This document shows, one piece after another, positions 10,638-20,726 of a stretch of DNA of 64,000 nt. The translations under genes and the position numbers were made by a program. The DNA comes from an uncultured Acidobacteriaceae bacterium (GTDB lineage: Bacteria > Acidobacteriota > Terriglobia > Bryobacterales > Bryobacteraceae): positions 972-64,971 of the forward strand of contig CAWBDW010000012.1 in the NCBI GenBank assembly GCA_963787545.1, written 5' to 3'. The notes under the pieces are model-generated. The model made no database searches and had not been told where the DNA came from. It saw nothing but the letters and a program-made list of their open reading frames with translations. Positions within the stretch are counted from its first letter, which is position 1. Each line of letters begins with the position of its first letter.

Positions 10638-10961
10638 CTAAAGGCCGAGTATCAATGTGCGAAACTCGTCAACTAACCGATCCTGCTGCTCGGGGTCGTC
10701 GTTTGCGAGATTCTCCTTCACTCTTTTGAAGAATTCCCGCTTGCGATTCTCCTGGTTTTCCAAGCCGAGACGGACGAGCGCGGCAATCGCCTTGCTCATG
10801 CTGGCGTCAACCGTTTGGGCATACCGTTCAACTTGATTGGCAATATTAGGAGGAAGGCCGACACTGTATCGTGGCTCCGTCTTAACGACGTCGACTGCTT
10901 TGGGCTTACGTTTGCCTGTGCCACGCCGCTGGTTCGAGGCTGGCGTTTTACTCTGAGGCAT
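10638..10961 (-). CDS. ribbon-helix-helix (CopG/Arc-like) DNA-binding protein, antitoxin-like
   Basis: 107-aa ORF. A basic N-terminal tail is followed by an RHH-like pattern, RYSVGLPPNIANQVERYAQTVDASMSKAIAALVRLGLE, and then an acidic C-terminal tail. Confidence 0.6.
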   Translation of the reverse strand: MPQSKTPASNQRRGTGKRKPKAVDVVKTEPRYSVGLPPNIANQVERYAQTVDASMSKAIAALVRLGLENQENRKREFFKRVKENLANDDPEQQDRLVDEFRTLILGL

Positions 10962-11121
10962 ATAGAATCAGCATGCCGCACTATGCAGCACTTTGCAAAT
11001 TGCGTATAGTTGTCCGGTGGGGCGGACCGTCGCCTTTCAGCTTACCGGAAAGATTCCGCTCTGCAGAAACTCAACCTCTCAACCGATAGGATGAAGAGGT
11101 CTGAATTCCCTCAAAGGACTC

Positions 11122-12429
11122 GTGAAATTGCCTATCGCATCTTCTCCCGTCGACATCGCCGTAGTGGGGCTCGGGTACGTCGGCTGTGTTACCGCCGCGT
11201 GCCTCGCTAAGCTCGGAAACAGAGTTTTTGGCGTCGACCGGGACGAACATAAAGTCAAGAACGTCCTCAACGGACAAGCCCCATTCTTTGAACCTGGACT
11301 CCCCGAAATTATCCGCGAAACGGCCGCCGCCGGTCTTTTTCGCGCCACCACCTCTCTTGCGGAAGCGGTCGCCCAGGCCGACGTCGCTTTAGTCTGCGTC
11401 GGAACGCCTTCTCAGAAGAACGGGAACGTGGACCTCGACCAACTCCGCCGCGTGATGGCCGAAATCGCCGAATCGCTGCCGGGACGCAAAAAGCGGCTAG
11501 TCGTGGCAGTCCGCAGCACCGTTTTCCCGGGAACCTGCGAAGAGATCGTGATTCCAACCCTCGGTGGGTCCGCGTCTGTCGTGTCCAATCCCGAATTCCT
11601 GCGCGAAGGCGTAGCGGTGAAGGATTTTATGGAGCCCTCGCTGGTTGTCGTGGGCGGAGAAGATCGCGAGGCGGTCGCTCTGGTCGCCCGGATGTACGAG
11701 CCTCTCGGCGTACTGCCCTGCCTGGTCTCACTGCGCACCGCCGAGATGATCAAATACGCCTGCAACGCATTTCACGCCCTCAAGATTGCTTTTGCGAATG
11801 AGATCGGCGCTTTAAGCGCCAAGCTTGGCATCGAGGCTGGGGAGGTAATGGGCACTTTGTGCGCCGACGTGAAACTGAACGCCTCGCCCGCTTACCTGAA
11901 ACCCGGTTTCGCATTCGGGGGTTCCTGCCTGCCTAAAGACGTTCGGGGCCTGGTCTACCGCGCCGCGCGTCTCGACGTGCATTTGCCCCTGCTCGAAGCA
12001 GTGCTGCCCAGCAATCACGCGCAGCTCGGCCGCGCCGTGGACGCCGTGATGGATTTGCCCGCCCGCCGCATCGGCTGCATCGGCCTGGCTTTCAAGGAAA
12101 ACACCGACGACCTGCGCGAAAGCCCGGTCGTGACCATGCTCGAGCAGCTCATTGGCAAAGGCCGCGAGTTGCGCGTCTTCGATCCCCACATCCAGCTCGA
12201 TGCGATTTACGGCAGCAATAGGAATTACATCTTCGCGACCATTCCGCACATTGGGCGATTGATGGAACCGGATTTGAGCCGCTTGCTGGAATGGGCGGAT
12301 TATCTCGTGGTTGGACAGAAACAAAGCGCTGAAGCTGTACGGCAAATTCAGGCCTCGGGCTTGCCGGTCCTCGATCTGGTGGGAACCGGTCTCGCCTCCG
12401 CGGGCGTGCCGGTGCATTCGGCCCAATAA
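11122..12429 (+). CDS. nucleotide-sugar 6-dehydrogenase (UDP-glucose/GDP-mannose dehydrogenase family, AlgD-like)
   Basis: 435-aa ORF with GTG start. It has the Rossmann motif VVGLGYVGCVTAACLA, NPEFLREG, and the catalytic-Cys motif GFAFGGSCLPKD. The KLNASPAYLKPGFAFGG region resembles GDP-mannose dehydrogenases. Confidence 0.85.
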   Translation: MKLPIASSPVDIAVVGLGYVGCVTAACLAKLGNRVFGVDRDEHKVKNVLNGQAPFFEPGLPEIIRETAAAGLFRATTSLAEAVAQADVALVCVGTPSQKNGNVDLDQLRRVMAEIAESLPGRKKRLVVAVRSTVFPGTCEEIVIPTLGGSASVVSNPEFLREGVAVKDFMEPSLVVVGGEDREAVALVARMYEPLGVLPCLVSLRTAEMIKYACNAFHALKIAFANEIGALSAKLGIEAGEVMGTLCADVKLNASPAYLKPGFAFGGSCLPKDVRGLVYRAARLDVHLPLLEAVLPSNHAQLGRAVDAVMDLPARRIGCIGLAFKENTDDLRESPVVTMLEQLIGKGRELRVFDPHIQLDAIYGSNRNYIFATIPHIGRLMEPDLSRLLEWADYLVVGQKQSAEAVRQIQASGLPVLDLVGTGLASAGVPVHSAQ

Positions 12430-12441
12430 GCGCGATTCTCG

Positions 12442-14121
12442 TTACCAGAAGATCACGTTCAGGATAACGAAGATTACGAGCACCACGCCAGCCCAGAATA
12501 TGGGCCGATGAAGGAGCGGAATATTGCCTTCCGAGGGAATATCGGTGGCGCCGTATACCAGGCCCGCCAGCTCGGAGTTAGTCTTTGGCTTGGTCGCCAG
12601 GCTCACGGCCACCGTGACGATTACACACAGGATAAAAGACCACAACGCGCGGTACATGTCTTCGGCCATCGGCTTGGCGCGGGGAGATAGCGCGATGTAG
12701 CTCAGCGCCCCTGGAACCGTCTTCAGCCAGATCCACATTCCCAGCGATCCGATGGTGCCGACCAGCAGTCCCCAGAATCCCGCCGCTGCCGTGGCTCGTT
12801 TCCACAGCATGCCTAAAATGACGGTTCCGAACAGTGGCGCGATGAACGTCGCAAACAGCGCCTGCACGTAATCCATGATGCTGAGAAACTGCATTACGAG
12901 GTAAGCCGTGCCGATGCTGATCAGCACGCCGAGCACGGTACACCAGCGGCCCATCGCGACGTAGTGTTCATCCTTCGCATCTTTGCGAATCAACGCGCGA
13001 TAGATGTCGTAAGTCCACACGGTAGCGAACGCACTCACGTTGCCCGCCATGCCGGACATGAACCCGGCGATCAGCGCGGTAATGCCCAATCCCAACAACC
13101 CCGGACCGCAGTAGCGCGCCAACATGAGCGGCAGAACTTCGTTATAGGTGTAGGAATTGACGCCCGCCTGCGATTCGCCCACCAGCTTCATGGGGAGCAC
13201 CGCCAATGCCAGCAGTCCCGGCAGAATCACGATAAAGGGAACCGCCATCTTGAATGCGGCGCCAATGATGGGAGCCATCTTCGCGCTGCGCAGATCCCGC
13301 GCCGCAAGCACACGCTGCACCACCAGAAAGTCTGTTGTCCAATATCCGAATGAAATTACGAAGCCAAGCCCGAAGACGATTCCGGTCCAGTGAATGCCCA
13401 TCGGATTATTTCCAAACGAACCCAGGCCCTTCCACAGATGCGTGTAATCCTGCCCCGGAAAATTTTCGTGAATGCGCCGCACCATTCCGCTCCAGCCGCC
13501 CGCCTCGATGAGCCCCAGCACGGAGATGACGATAGCGCCGAGCCAGATCAAGAAGAACTGCAGCACTTCATTGAAAATCGCCGAGAGCAGACCGCCCAGA
13601 AAAACGTACGCGGCGACCGTGATGGAGGAAACCCAGATGCTGAAGCCGATATCCCAGCCCAGAACAATCTTCATCACCAGCGCCATGGAATACATATTGA
13701 TGCCGCTCATCAGAACCGTCATGAACGCGAACGTGACGGCCGAAACGCCTCTTGCGCCTTCGCCGAACCGCAGCTTCAGATAGCCCGGCACCGAGTGCGT
13801 CCGCGAGATGTAGTAGAACGGCATCATCACGATGCCCAGGAAGAGCATCGCCGGAATCGCGCCGATCCAATACCAGTGCGTAGCCAGGATGCCGTATTGA
13901 TAGGCCGAGCCTGCCCAGCCCATCAACTCGAGCGATCCCAGATTTGCCGCCACAAAGCTGAGTCCTGCGATCCAGGACGTCATGTCGCGGCCGGCTAAAA
14001 AGAAGTCTTCGCCGGTCTTGGTGAATCGCTTCAAATAGAAGCCGATTCCCAGCACCATAACGAAGTACAGAGCGATGATGAACAGATCGACCGGGCTGAG
14101 CTTAAGAAGTTGATGGGGCAC
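12442..14121 (-). CDS. sodium:solute symporter (SSS/SGLT family)
   Basis: 559-aa multi-TM ORF. The N-terminus ...FYLKRFTKTGEDFFLAGRDMTSWIAGLSFVAANLGSLELMG is typical of the SSS family. It lies downstream of the GH51 gene on the same strand. Confidence 0.85.
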   Translation of the reverse strand: MPHQLLKLSPVDLFIIALYFVMVLGIGFYLKRFTKTGEDFFLAGRDMTSWIAGLSFVAANLGSLELMGWAGSAYQYGILATHWYWIGAIPAMLFLGIVMMPFYYISRTHSVPGYLKLRFGEGARGVSAVTFAFMTVLMSGINMYSMALVMKIVLGWDIGFSIWVSSITVAAYVFLGGLLSAIFNEVLQFFLIWLGAIVISVLGLIEAGGWSGMVRRIHENFPGQDYTHLWKGLGSFGNNPMGIHWTGIVFGLGFVISFGYWTTDFLVVQRVLAARDLRSAKMAPIIGAAFKMAVPFIVILPGLLALAVLPMKLVGESQAGVNSYTYNEVLPLMLARYCGPGLLGLGITALIAGFMSGMAGNVSAFATVWTYDIYRALIRKDAKDEHYVAMGRWCTVLGVLISIGTAYLVMQFLSIMDYVQALFATFIAPLFGTVILGMLWKRATAAAGFWGLLVGTIGSLGMWIWLKTVPGALSYIALSPRAKPMAEDMYRALWSFILCVIVTVAVSLATKPKTNSELAGLVYGATDIPSEGNIPLLHRPIFWAGVVLVIFVILNVIFW

Positions 14122-14198
14122 TGTTTTGTTTACTCCGGATTTGTTTTAGTCCAAAACAAATTCTAAACGAGTAACGGATGCGGCTGGAAAGCTGTAGA

Positions 14199-15741
14199 CT
14201 ACGCGGATCTCGCGACGGCGACATTTTGTACGGGCCGGGGCTCGACCGCGTGGGGCTGGTCAAAAGTGTTGCGGGCGTGAATATCGCTCGAGGTCAGAAC
14301 CGTAGCGCGCAAGCTCGTGATCCGCGCACCGCGAACGGCGATCTCCGTTTCTTGCGCGTTTTGGACGTCCGGATTGACGACCGTCATCACGCCCTGCTTG
14401 CCCTTGAGCGAGCACGAACCCGCCAGGCCCGGCAAACCCCTGGCGGCGGCCGATGCAAGAGACGGCGCGGAGATTTCGGTGCGTACCGACGTGCCGCCCT
14501 GATGCGCGGCATACATTGCGAACACGTGAAAAATCGGCGTTACGGTGAATTTACTGCCCACCGCTAGAAACGACGTGTGAATGTTGTTGATGAGCTGCGC
14601 TGCATTCGCCATCGCGACTTTATCGGCGTGGCGATTGAACGTGTCGAGCGTTAGGCCGGAAACTAGCGCGTCGCGCAGCGTCGGGAAATAAGCCCACAAG
14701 TAGGTCGGATCGATGCTGGGATCGGTATGATGCCAGGCTCCCCATTCATCGACGACCAGCTTGACGTGATGCTGCGGATCCGTTTCGCCCATGATCTGCC
14801 AATGATCTGTCACCAGCGTCTCCATGTGGTTAGAGCGCGCCAGCAGCGTGTACCAATCGTCGGGCGTGAATTCATTCGCCACGCCGTTGCCGGTGGTGCC
14901 GCAGTAATAATGCAGCGCACAGCCGAAAACGTTGCGCAGCGCCCCTTTGCCCTTTTCCACTAATTTCTCAAAAAAGCTGCGTGTCCATTTGTAATCCCCT
15001 CCGTTGGGTCCCGAGGCGACGAATTCCAGATCCATTCCGAAAGTTGGCACCCATTCGATCCAGCGCCGGAACTCGATCGCGTATTCGTCGCCGGTGAAAT
15101 TGCCGCCGCAGCCCCAGCTCTCATTCCCCACTCCCCACAACTGCACGTTGAACGGTTCCGCATCGCCGCCCTTTGCGCGCAAATCCGCCAAGTGAAGTCG
15201 TATGCGCAGGCGAGTTGCAGTATTCGATCCAATCGTAGAAATCGCGGGCGGTCGCGCTCCGCAGGTTTGAGGCGAGGTACGGCTCGGCGCCCGCCAGCTT
15301 TGCAAAACGCGCAAATTCGTTGGTGCCGAATTCGTTGGGGTCGTATTTTTGAGGGCCGTTCGGAGCCTTTTCAAGAAACGGCGTATTGGCCCAGAAATTC
15401 GTACGGCGCGGCCGCTGCGCGCGAGGCCCTACGCCGTCGCGCCAGTTATAGCTGTCGGCGAAACACCCGCCCGGCCAGCGAATGACGCCCGGCTTCATCC
15501 GCTTCAGATTGTCGACCAGCTCTTTTCGGATGCCGCCGATATTTGGAATCTTCGAGTTCTCGCCCACCCAAACACCGTCGTAGATACAGCCTCCCAAGTG
15601 CTCGGTGAAATGGCTGTAGATGCGCGGAGAGATCGTTCCTATCGGTTCATCGGGCACAATCTCGATACGGGCTGAAGCCGCGAGAGAGGTGCGGGGCGCC
15701 AGTAAGACAAGTCCGGAGAGTAAGAATTGCCGTCGATCCAT
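14199..15741 (-). CDS. alpha-L-arabinofuranosidase (GH51), one frameshift
   Basis: ORF 15121..15783 carries a signal (MDRRQFLLSGLVLLAPRTSLAA), then HFTEHLGGCIYDG...IRWPGGCFADSYNW. It joins ORF 14199..15374, which has WGVGNESWGCGG (acid/base GNE) and VVDEWGAWH (nucleophile region). The junction is at about 15195-15215. Confidence 0.85.
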
Positions 15742-15826
15742 TTTGAGCCTTCCGATTATGTTAGCGCTTTCATGTTTTCCCATACCATGTATCTTTGTAT
15801 CTTTGGCTAAGGCGGCGCTTTCTTAG

Positions 15827-17329
15827 ATGACTGGTGTTCAAAACGGCAAAGGCTTTATTCGCGAACTCGGGATGTTCGATTCGGTGATGATCGTGATCGG
15901 CACCATGATCGGATCGGGCATCTTTATCGTGCCCGCCGATATGGCGCGCACCATCGGCAGCAGCGGCTGGCTGCTGGTGGCCTGGGTCGTCACCGGCGTG
16001 CTCACCATCGCAGCCGCCATCTCCTACGGCGAACTTGCGTCCATGATGCCCGAAGCCGGCGGCATGTACGTTTATCTGCGCGAGGCGTTTTCGCCGCTCT
16101 GGGGTTTTCTCTATGGCTGGACGCTCTTCACTGTCATCCAGACCGGCACCATCGCCGCCGTCGCCGTCGCCTTCGCGCGCTTCACGGGCATTCTGTTCCC
16201 CGCAATCTCCGAACAAAGCTACCTCATCCCGCCCATCCATATCTCCAGTGGCTATGCCATTTCGCTTTCGACGACGCAGCTACTCGCCATCGCCGTGATC
16301 GTGCTGCTGACCTGGACCAACAGCCTGGGAATCCGTTACGGCAAAATCGTGCAGAACCTTTTTACGGTGGCGAAAACAGGCGCGCTCATCGGGTTGATTC
16401 TCGCGGGAGTCATCGCCGGACGAAACGCCGCCGCCATCAGCCGTAATTTCGCGCATTTCTGGGAGCAGAGCAACCTCACGCCTATTTCCGCCGGGCTCAC
16501 GGCGGCCAGCGTGTTCGGGCTGTTCATTGCGATCTGCGTGTCCCAATCCGGATCGCTCTTTTCAGCCGATTCGTGGCACGACATCACCTTTGCGGCCGGC
16601 GAGGTGAAGGACCCGCGCCGCACGCTTCCACGGTCGCTCATCATCGGCACGGTGATCGTGATTGTGCTCTATCTGCTTGCCAACGTCGCCTATCTGCTTA
16701 CTCTTCCGCTCGCTCAGATCCAGCAGGCGCCGGCCGATCGCGTCGCGACCGCCATGCTCAATGCCATCGCACCGGGCTGGGGCGCTGTGTTGATGGCCAT
16801 TGCGATCATGATTTCTACGTTCGGCTGCACCAACAGCCTGGTGCTCGCCGGACCGCGCGTTTATTACGCCATGGCCAACAATGGCTTGTTCTTGCGGAGC
16901 GCCGCAACGCTCAACAAAGCTAACGTCCCCGGCCGCTCGCTTTTGGTGCAGGGGATCTGGGCGTCGGCGCTCGTGCTGCCTCGCACTTTCGACGCGCGCA
17001 CTGGACAATATGGCAACCTCTATAGCGACTTGCTCAATTACGTCATTTCTTCGGCGCTGATTTTCTACATTCTCACCATCGCGGGCGTCATTCGTTTGCG
17101 CCGCACGCGACCCGATGCCGAGCGCCCCTACCGCACGTTGGGCTATCCCGTCGTCCCGGCGATTTACATCATCGGCGCGGCCGCAATTTTGCTCGCGCTA
17201 TTTCTCTACCGGGCTTCCAGCACGTGGCCGGGACTGCTGATCGTGATTATCGGCGTGCCAGTCTATCTCGCCATGAGAAAACGGAACCAGAGGCAAGATG
17301 TGGAGAGACATCAGATTCGCTCTGCGTAG
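15827..17329 (+). CDS. amino acid permease (APC superfamily)
   Basis: 500-aa 12-TM-like ORF containing MIVIGTMIGSGIFIVPADMA and ELASMMPEAGGMYVYL. Confidence 0.85.
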   Translation: MTGVQNGKGFIRELGMFDSVMIVIGTMIGSGIFIVPADMARTIGSSGWLLVAWVVTGVLTIAAAISYGELASMMPEAGGMYVYLREAFSPLWGFLYGWTLFTVIQTGTIAAVAVAFARFTGILFPAISEQSYLIPPIHISSGYAISLSTTQLLAIAVIVLLTWTNSLGIRYGKIVQNLFTVAKTGALIGLILAGVIAGRNAAAISRNFAHFWEQSNLTPISAGLTAASVFGLFIAICVSQSGSLFSADSWHDITFAAGEVKDPRRTLPRSLIIGTVIVIVLYLLANVAYLLTLPLAQIQQAPADRVATAMLNAIAPGWGAVLMAIAIMISTFGCTNSLVLAGPRVYYAMANNGLFLRSAATLNKANVPGRSLLVQGIWASALVLPRTFDARTGQYGNLYSDLLNYVISSALIFYILTIAGVIRLRRTRPDAERPYRTLGYPVVPAIYIIGAAAILLALFLYRASSTWPGLLIVIIGVPVYLAMRKRNQRQDVERHQIRSA

Positions 17330-19742
17330 CTTAGGAGGAAGTCCGGCGTTCACGGCCGTAGCGGTTGTGTCATTGGCGCTCGGAATCGGCGCGAACACCG
17401 CGATTTTTTCTTTCGTCAACGCGATTCTGCTGAAACAGCTACCCGTGCCCGATCCCGGGCGGCTGGTGACCTTTTCGGAAATCTTTCGCGGCCAAATCAG
17501 CGGTAAAGTCTGGCGCCTCAAAAGTGTTGACGAGCTTGCAAAGCGCGATCCAGCGTTCGCAGGCCTGTTTGGCTGGTTTGCGCGGCCCATCAGCTTTTCA
17601 ACCGGCAATACGCCCGAGTGGGTCATGGGCGATCTGGTCACAGGCCAGTTCTTCCAGACGCTGGAAGTGAAGCCAGCCATCGGAAGATTGTTGAACGATA
17701 CCGACGTTCGCGACGCAACCGCCAACCCGGTCTGCGTACTCAGCTACGGATTCTGGCAGCGCGAATTCGCGGGCAATCCCAACGTGGTTCGGCGAAGCGT
17801 GTTTCTGAATGGGCACGCTTATCGTGTCCTGGGAGTGACGGCGCGCGGCTTCTCCGGAGCCGAGTTACAACAGCGTTTCGATATCGATGTTCCCGCCACG
17901 CGAATCGGAGATTTCATGCCGGCCTTCGGCGGCGCTACGGGCGTGGATTGGCTGAAGACACTGTCTTGGCTGAGCCCCATGGCGCGCCTGAAACCCGGTA
18001 TCACGAGAATGGAGGCGCAAGAGCGCACCCAGCGCGTGTTGCAGCAGATTCAGATTGAGAATGGAGAGCACAATCCGCGACGGCAGGAGGACCTCCGCCT
18101 CGAGGACGGGAGTCAGGGATTCAACACCATGCGATCCGGATTCGGCCGCCCGGTGCAGGTGCTGATGGCGGTGGCCGCTCTCGTGTTGCTGGTTGCTTGC
18201 GCGAATCTCGCGAACCTGCTGCTTTCGAGAACGCAGGCGCGTGCCAAAGAATTCGCGGTGCGACTCTCGGTGGGAGCATCGCGCGCGAGATTAATCCGCC
18301 AACTATTCATCGAAAGCCTCGTGCTGGCGGCGTGCGGCGGCATCGCCGGTCTCGTCCTGTCGTTCTGGACCGTCAGAACATTGGTTGCATTTTTGAATGC
18401 CGGTCAATCGGCTGTATCGGCGCTGCACGTCCAGCCCGATGCGAACGTTCTGGGCTTTTCCATCGTGTTATCTTTTGCAACCGCGATTCTTTTTGGGCTC
18501 GCTCCGGCATGGCAATCGACACGAACCGATCTCCTGCCCGGTCTCAAGGATGAGCTGGCTGCAAATGGCCGCATCAGCCGCGTGCTGCTGCGCAGAGCGT
18601 TAGTCGTGGTGCAGATCGCTTTGTCGCTGGTGGTTATTTTCGCGGCGGGCCTACTCACGCGAACGTTACGAACGCTGCAAACTGTAGATCTGGGCTTTCA
18701 GCCGGACCAAGTCGTCGCGCTGAATGTCGATCCTGCCGCTAACGGCCATTCGGCTGCCGAAGTATCGCGCATTCTGGACGAGATCTTGACACGAACGCGA
18801 GCCTTACCCGCTGTCAGAGCAGCCAGCCTCGCCGCCAGCACGCCAAATGGATCTATGGCGATCTCGATGAACGTCGAAGTGCCGGGCTACACGGCCAAAC
18901 AGTCCGGAGACGATATTGCAGATTTCAATTTCGTTAGTTCCGGCTACTTCAAAACCGTAGGTCAACCGTTTCTGCGCGGAAGAGATTTCACCGCCAAAGA
19001 CGACAAAAACAGCCCGCGCGTCGCAATCGTCAACCAAAAATTTGTACAGCGGTATTTCCACGGGAAAGATCCGGTGGGACGGAAATTCCGGCAGGGCGAT
19101 GGTGACGTGGAGATTGTCGGGGTCGTAGCGGACGCGCGCGATCGCGGCGTGAAAAATGCCCCTGAGCAGAGCGTCTACATACCCGAAAAACAAGGCCAAA
19201 CATCGGGACTAACGCTTCTGGTTCGCACCGCAAACGAGCCGAGAAAAATCATTCCATCGCTGCTTGCAATTGTTCAAACCGTCGATAAACGCCTCTCTGT
19301 TTTTTCCGTCCATACATTGGATACGCAAATTGAGGCGGGCCTGTCGAGCGAGCGAATTCTCGGCTATCTCTCCGGGCTGTTCGCGGCGCTCGCTGCACTG
19401 CTGGTGGCGATTGGATTATACGGCGTGCTCGCGTACATGGTCACGCGGCGCACGCGTGAAATTGGGTTGCGCTTCGCGATCGGCGCGCAGAGGCGCGATG
19501 TCGCGGGCCTGTTCGCACGGGAGAGTTTCATCCTCGTGCTGCTTGGAATGCTTATTGGGCTTCCGGTGGCTCTTGTCTCCGCGGATGCGTTAAAGAGCTT
19601 GCTTTTCGGCGTCACTACGTCAGATCCAGTCACACTCTTTCTCAGCGTTTTGGTGCTCGTCATCGCCGCATTTCTGGCGACCGTGCTTCCGCTGTGGCGG
19701 GCAGCGCGTGTAAACCCGCTCGACGCGCTTCGCCACGAATAA
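17298..19742 (+). CDS. ADOP-family ABC transporter permease (duplicated MacB-periplasmic/FtsX domains)
   Basis: 814-aa ORF. The N-terminus MWRDIRFALRSLGGSPAFTAVAVVSLALGIGANTAIFSFVNAILL matches the family, and there are two FtsX-like C-terminal four-helix modules (...EIGLRFAIGAQRRDV...). No adjacent ABC ATPase is present. Confidence 0.85.
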   Translation: MWRDIRFALRSLGGSPAFTAVAVVSLALGIGANTAIFSFVNAILLKQLPVPDPGRLVTFSEIFRGQISGKVWRLKSVDELAKRDPAFAGLFGWFARPISFSTGNTPEWVMGDLVTGQFFQTLEVKPAIGRLLNDTDVRDATANPVCVLSYGFWQREFAGNPNVVRRSVFLNGHAYRVLGVTARGFSGAELQQRFDIDVPATRIGDFMPAFGGATGVDWLKTLSWLSPMARLKPGITRMEAQERTQRVLQQIQIENGEHNPRRQEDLRLEDGSQGFNTMRSGFGRPVQVLMAVAALVLLVACANLANLLLSRTQARAKEFAVRLSVGASRARLIRQLFIESLVLAACGGIAGLVLSFWTVRTLVAFLNAGQSAVSALHVQPDANVLGFSIVLSFATAILFGLAPAWQSTRTDLLPGLKDELAANGRISRVLLRRALVVVQIALSLVVIFAAGLLTRTLRTLQTVDLGFQPDQVVALNVDPAANGHSAAEVSRILDEILTRTRALPAVRAASLAASTPNGSMAISMNVEVPGYTAKQSGDDIADFNFVSSGYFKTVGQPFLRGRDFTAKDDKNSPRVAIVNQKFVQRYFHGKDPVGRKFRQGDGDVEIVGVVADARDRGVKNAPEQSVYIPEKQGQTSGLTLLVRTANEPRKIIPSLLAIVQTVDKRLSVFSVHTLDTQIEAGLSSERILGYLSGLFAALAALLVAIGLYGVLAYMVTRRTREIGLRFAIGAQRRDVAGLFARESFILVLLGMLIGLPVALVSADALKSLLFGVTTSDPVTLFLSVLVLVIAAFLATVLPLWRAARVNPLDALRHE

Positions 19743-19748
19743 GCTGCG

Positions 19749-20726
19749 TTACTGGGCAGTGCTCTCCACCGCCGCCTCCCGCGATTCGCGAATGCCCCAT
19801 TCGAACGGATCGCGGTCGTCGAGCAGCAGATGCGCCTCCGCGTTCACGAATGCCGATCCCGTGATGTGCGGATATACAACTCCATCGCGCACCGTAATGG
19901 ATCCCTCGAATAAACTGCCGATGAGGCTTTCTTGACGCCACACCTGGCCTTCACGCAATTTCCCGGAGGCGTACAGGCACGCGAGTTTTGCGCTGGTGCC
20001 GGTGCCGCAGGGAGAGCGGTCGTAGCTCTTGCCCGGGCACAGCACAAAATTTTTACTGTCGGCGCCGGAAATCGTGGGTGCGCCGTAAACTTCGATGTGA
20101 TCGATCTCGCCGCCGTCGTCGCCCGTAATGCCCGCCGCTTCGAGCGCCTGCCGAATGCGCCAGGTGTAATCGGTGAGCGCGTCCAGATTCGCCAGCGACA
20201 AAGCGAACGGGCAATCATAAGTCAGAAAAAACCAGTTCCCGCCCCACGCCACATCGCCCCTCACGGTGCCGAATCCTTCCACTTCTACAGCAACGTTCGC
20301 CGCCGAACGATAGCTCGCGACATTGCTCACCGTCACCTTGCCGGATGCATGAAGCTGCGCTTCCACAATTCCCACCGGCGTCTCAATACGATGCGTGCCG
20401 GCCGAAATCTTCCCCATGTGCGCGAGCGTCACTGCCAACCCGATAGTGCCGTGCCCGCACATGCCCAGATATCCGACGTTGTTGAAAAAAATTACACCGG
20501 CCGGGCAAGACGGATCGCAAGGCTTACACAGGAGCGCTCCCACGATGGCATCGGACCCGCGAGGCTCGTTCACAACCGCTGAACGAAAATGGTCGTACCG
20601 GTCGCGAAAGACTTGGAGCCGTTCGCTGAGCGGGCCATTTCCCAGCGGCGGCCCGCCCTCGATCACCACTCGTGTCGGTTCGCCCTCGGTGTGTGAATCG
20701 ATGACATGAATTTTTCTTTGCTTCAC
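19749..20726 (-). CDS. proline racemase family protein (4-hydroxyproline 2-epimerase-like)
   Basis: 331-aa ORF containing IHVIDSHTEGEPTRVV and the two catalytic-Cys contexts GMCGHGTIG and DRSPCGTGTSA. The start is either GTG c20726 (preferred) or TTG c20744. Confidence 0.85.
   Translation of the reverse strand: MKQRKIHVIDSHTEGEPTRVVIEGGPPLGNGPLSERLQVFRDRYDHFRSAVVNEPRGSDAIVGALLCKPCDPSCPAGVIFFNNVGYLGMCGHGTIGLAVTLAHMGKISAGTHRIETPVGIVEAQLHASGKVTVSNVASYRSAANVAVEVEGFGTVRGDVAWGGNWFFLTYDCPFALSLANLDALTDYTWRIRQALEAAGITGDDGGEIDHIEVYGAPTISGADSKNFVLCPGKSYDRSPCGTGTSAKLACLYASGKLREGQVWRQESLIGSLFEGSITVRDGVVYPHITGSAFVNAEAHLLLDDRDPFEWGIRESREAAVESTAQ

Noticed and set aside
10360-10961. The small two-gene module as a mobile insertion bounded by the 11-bp direct repeats.
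   Set aside because: Both repeat copies lie at the same (3') end of the module, not flanking it. No integrase, transposase or inverted repeats are present.
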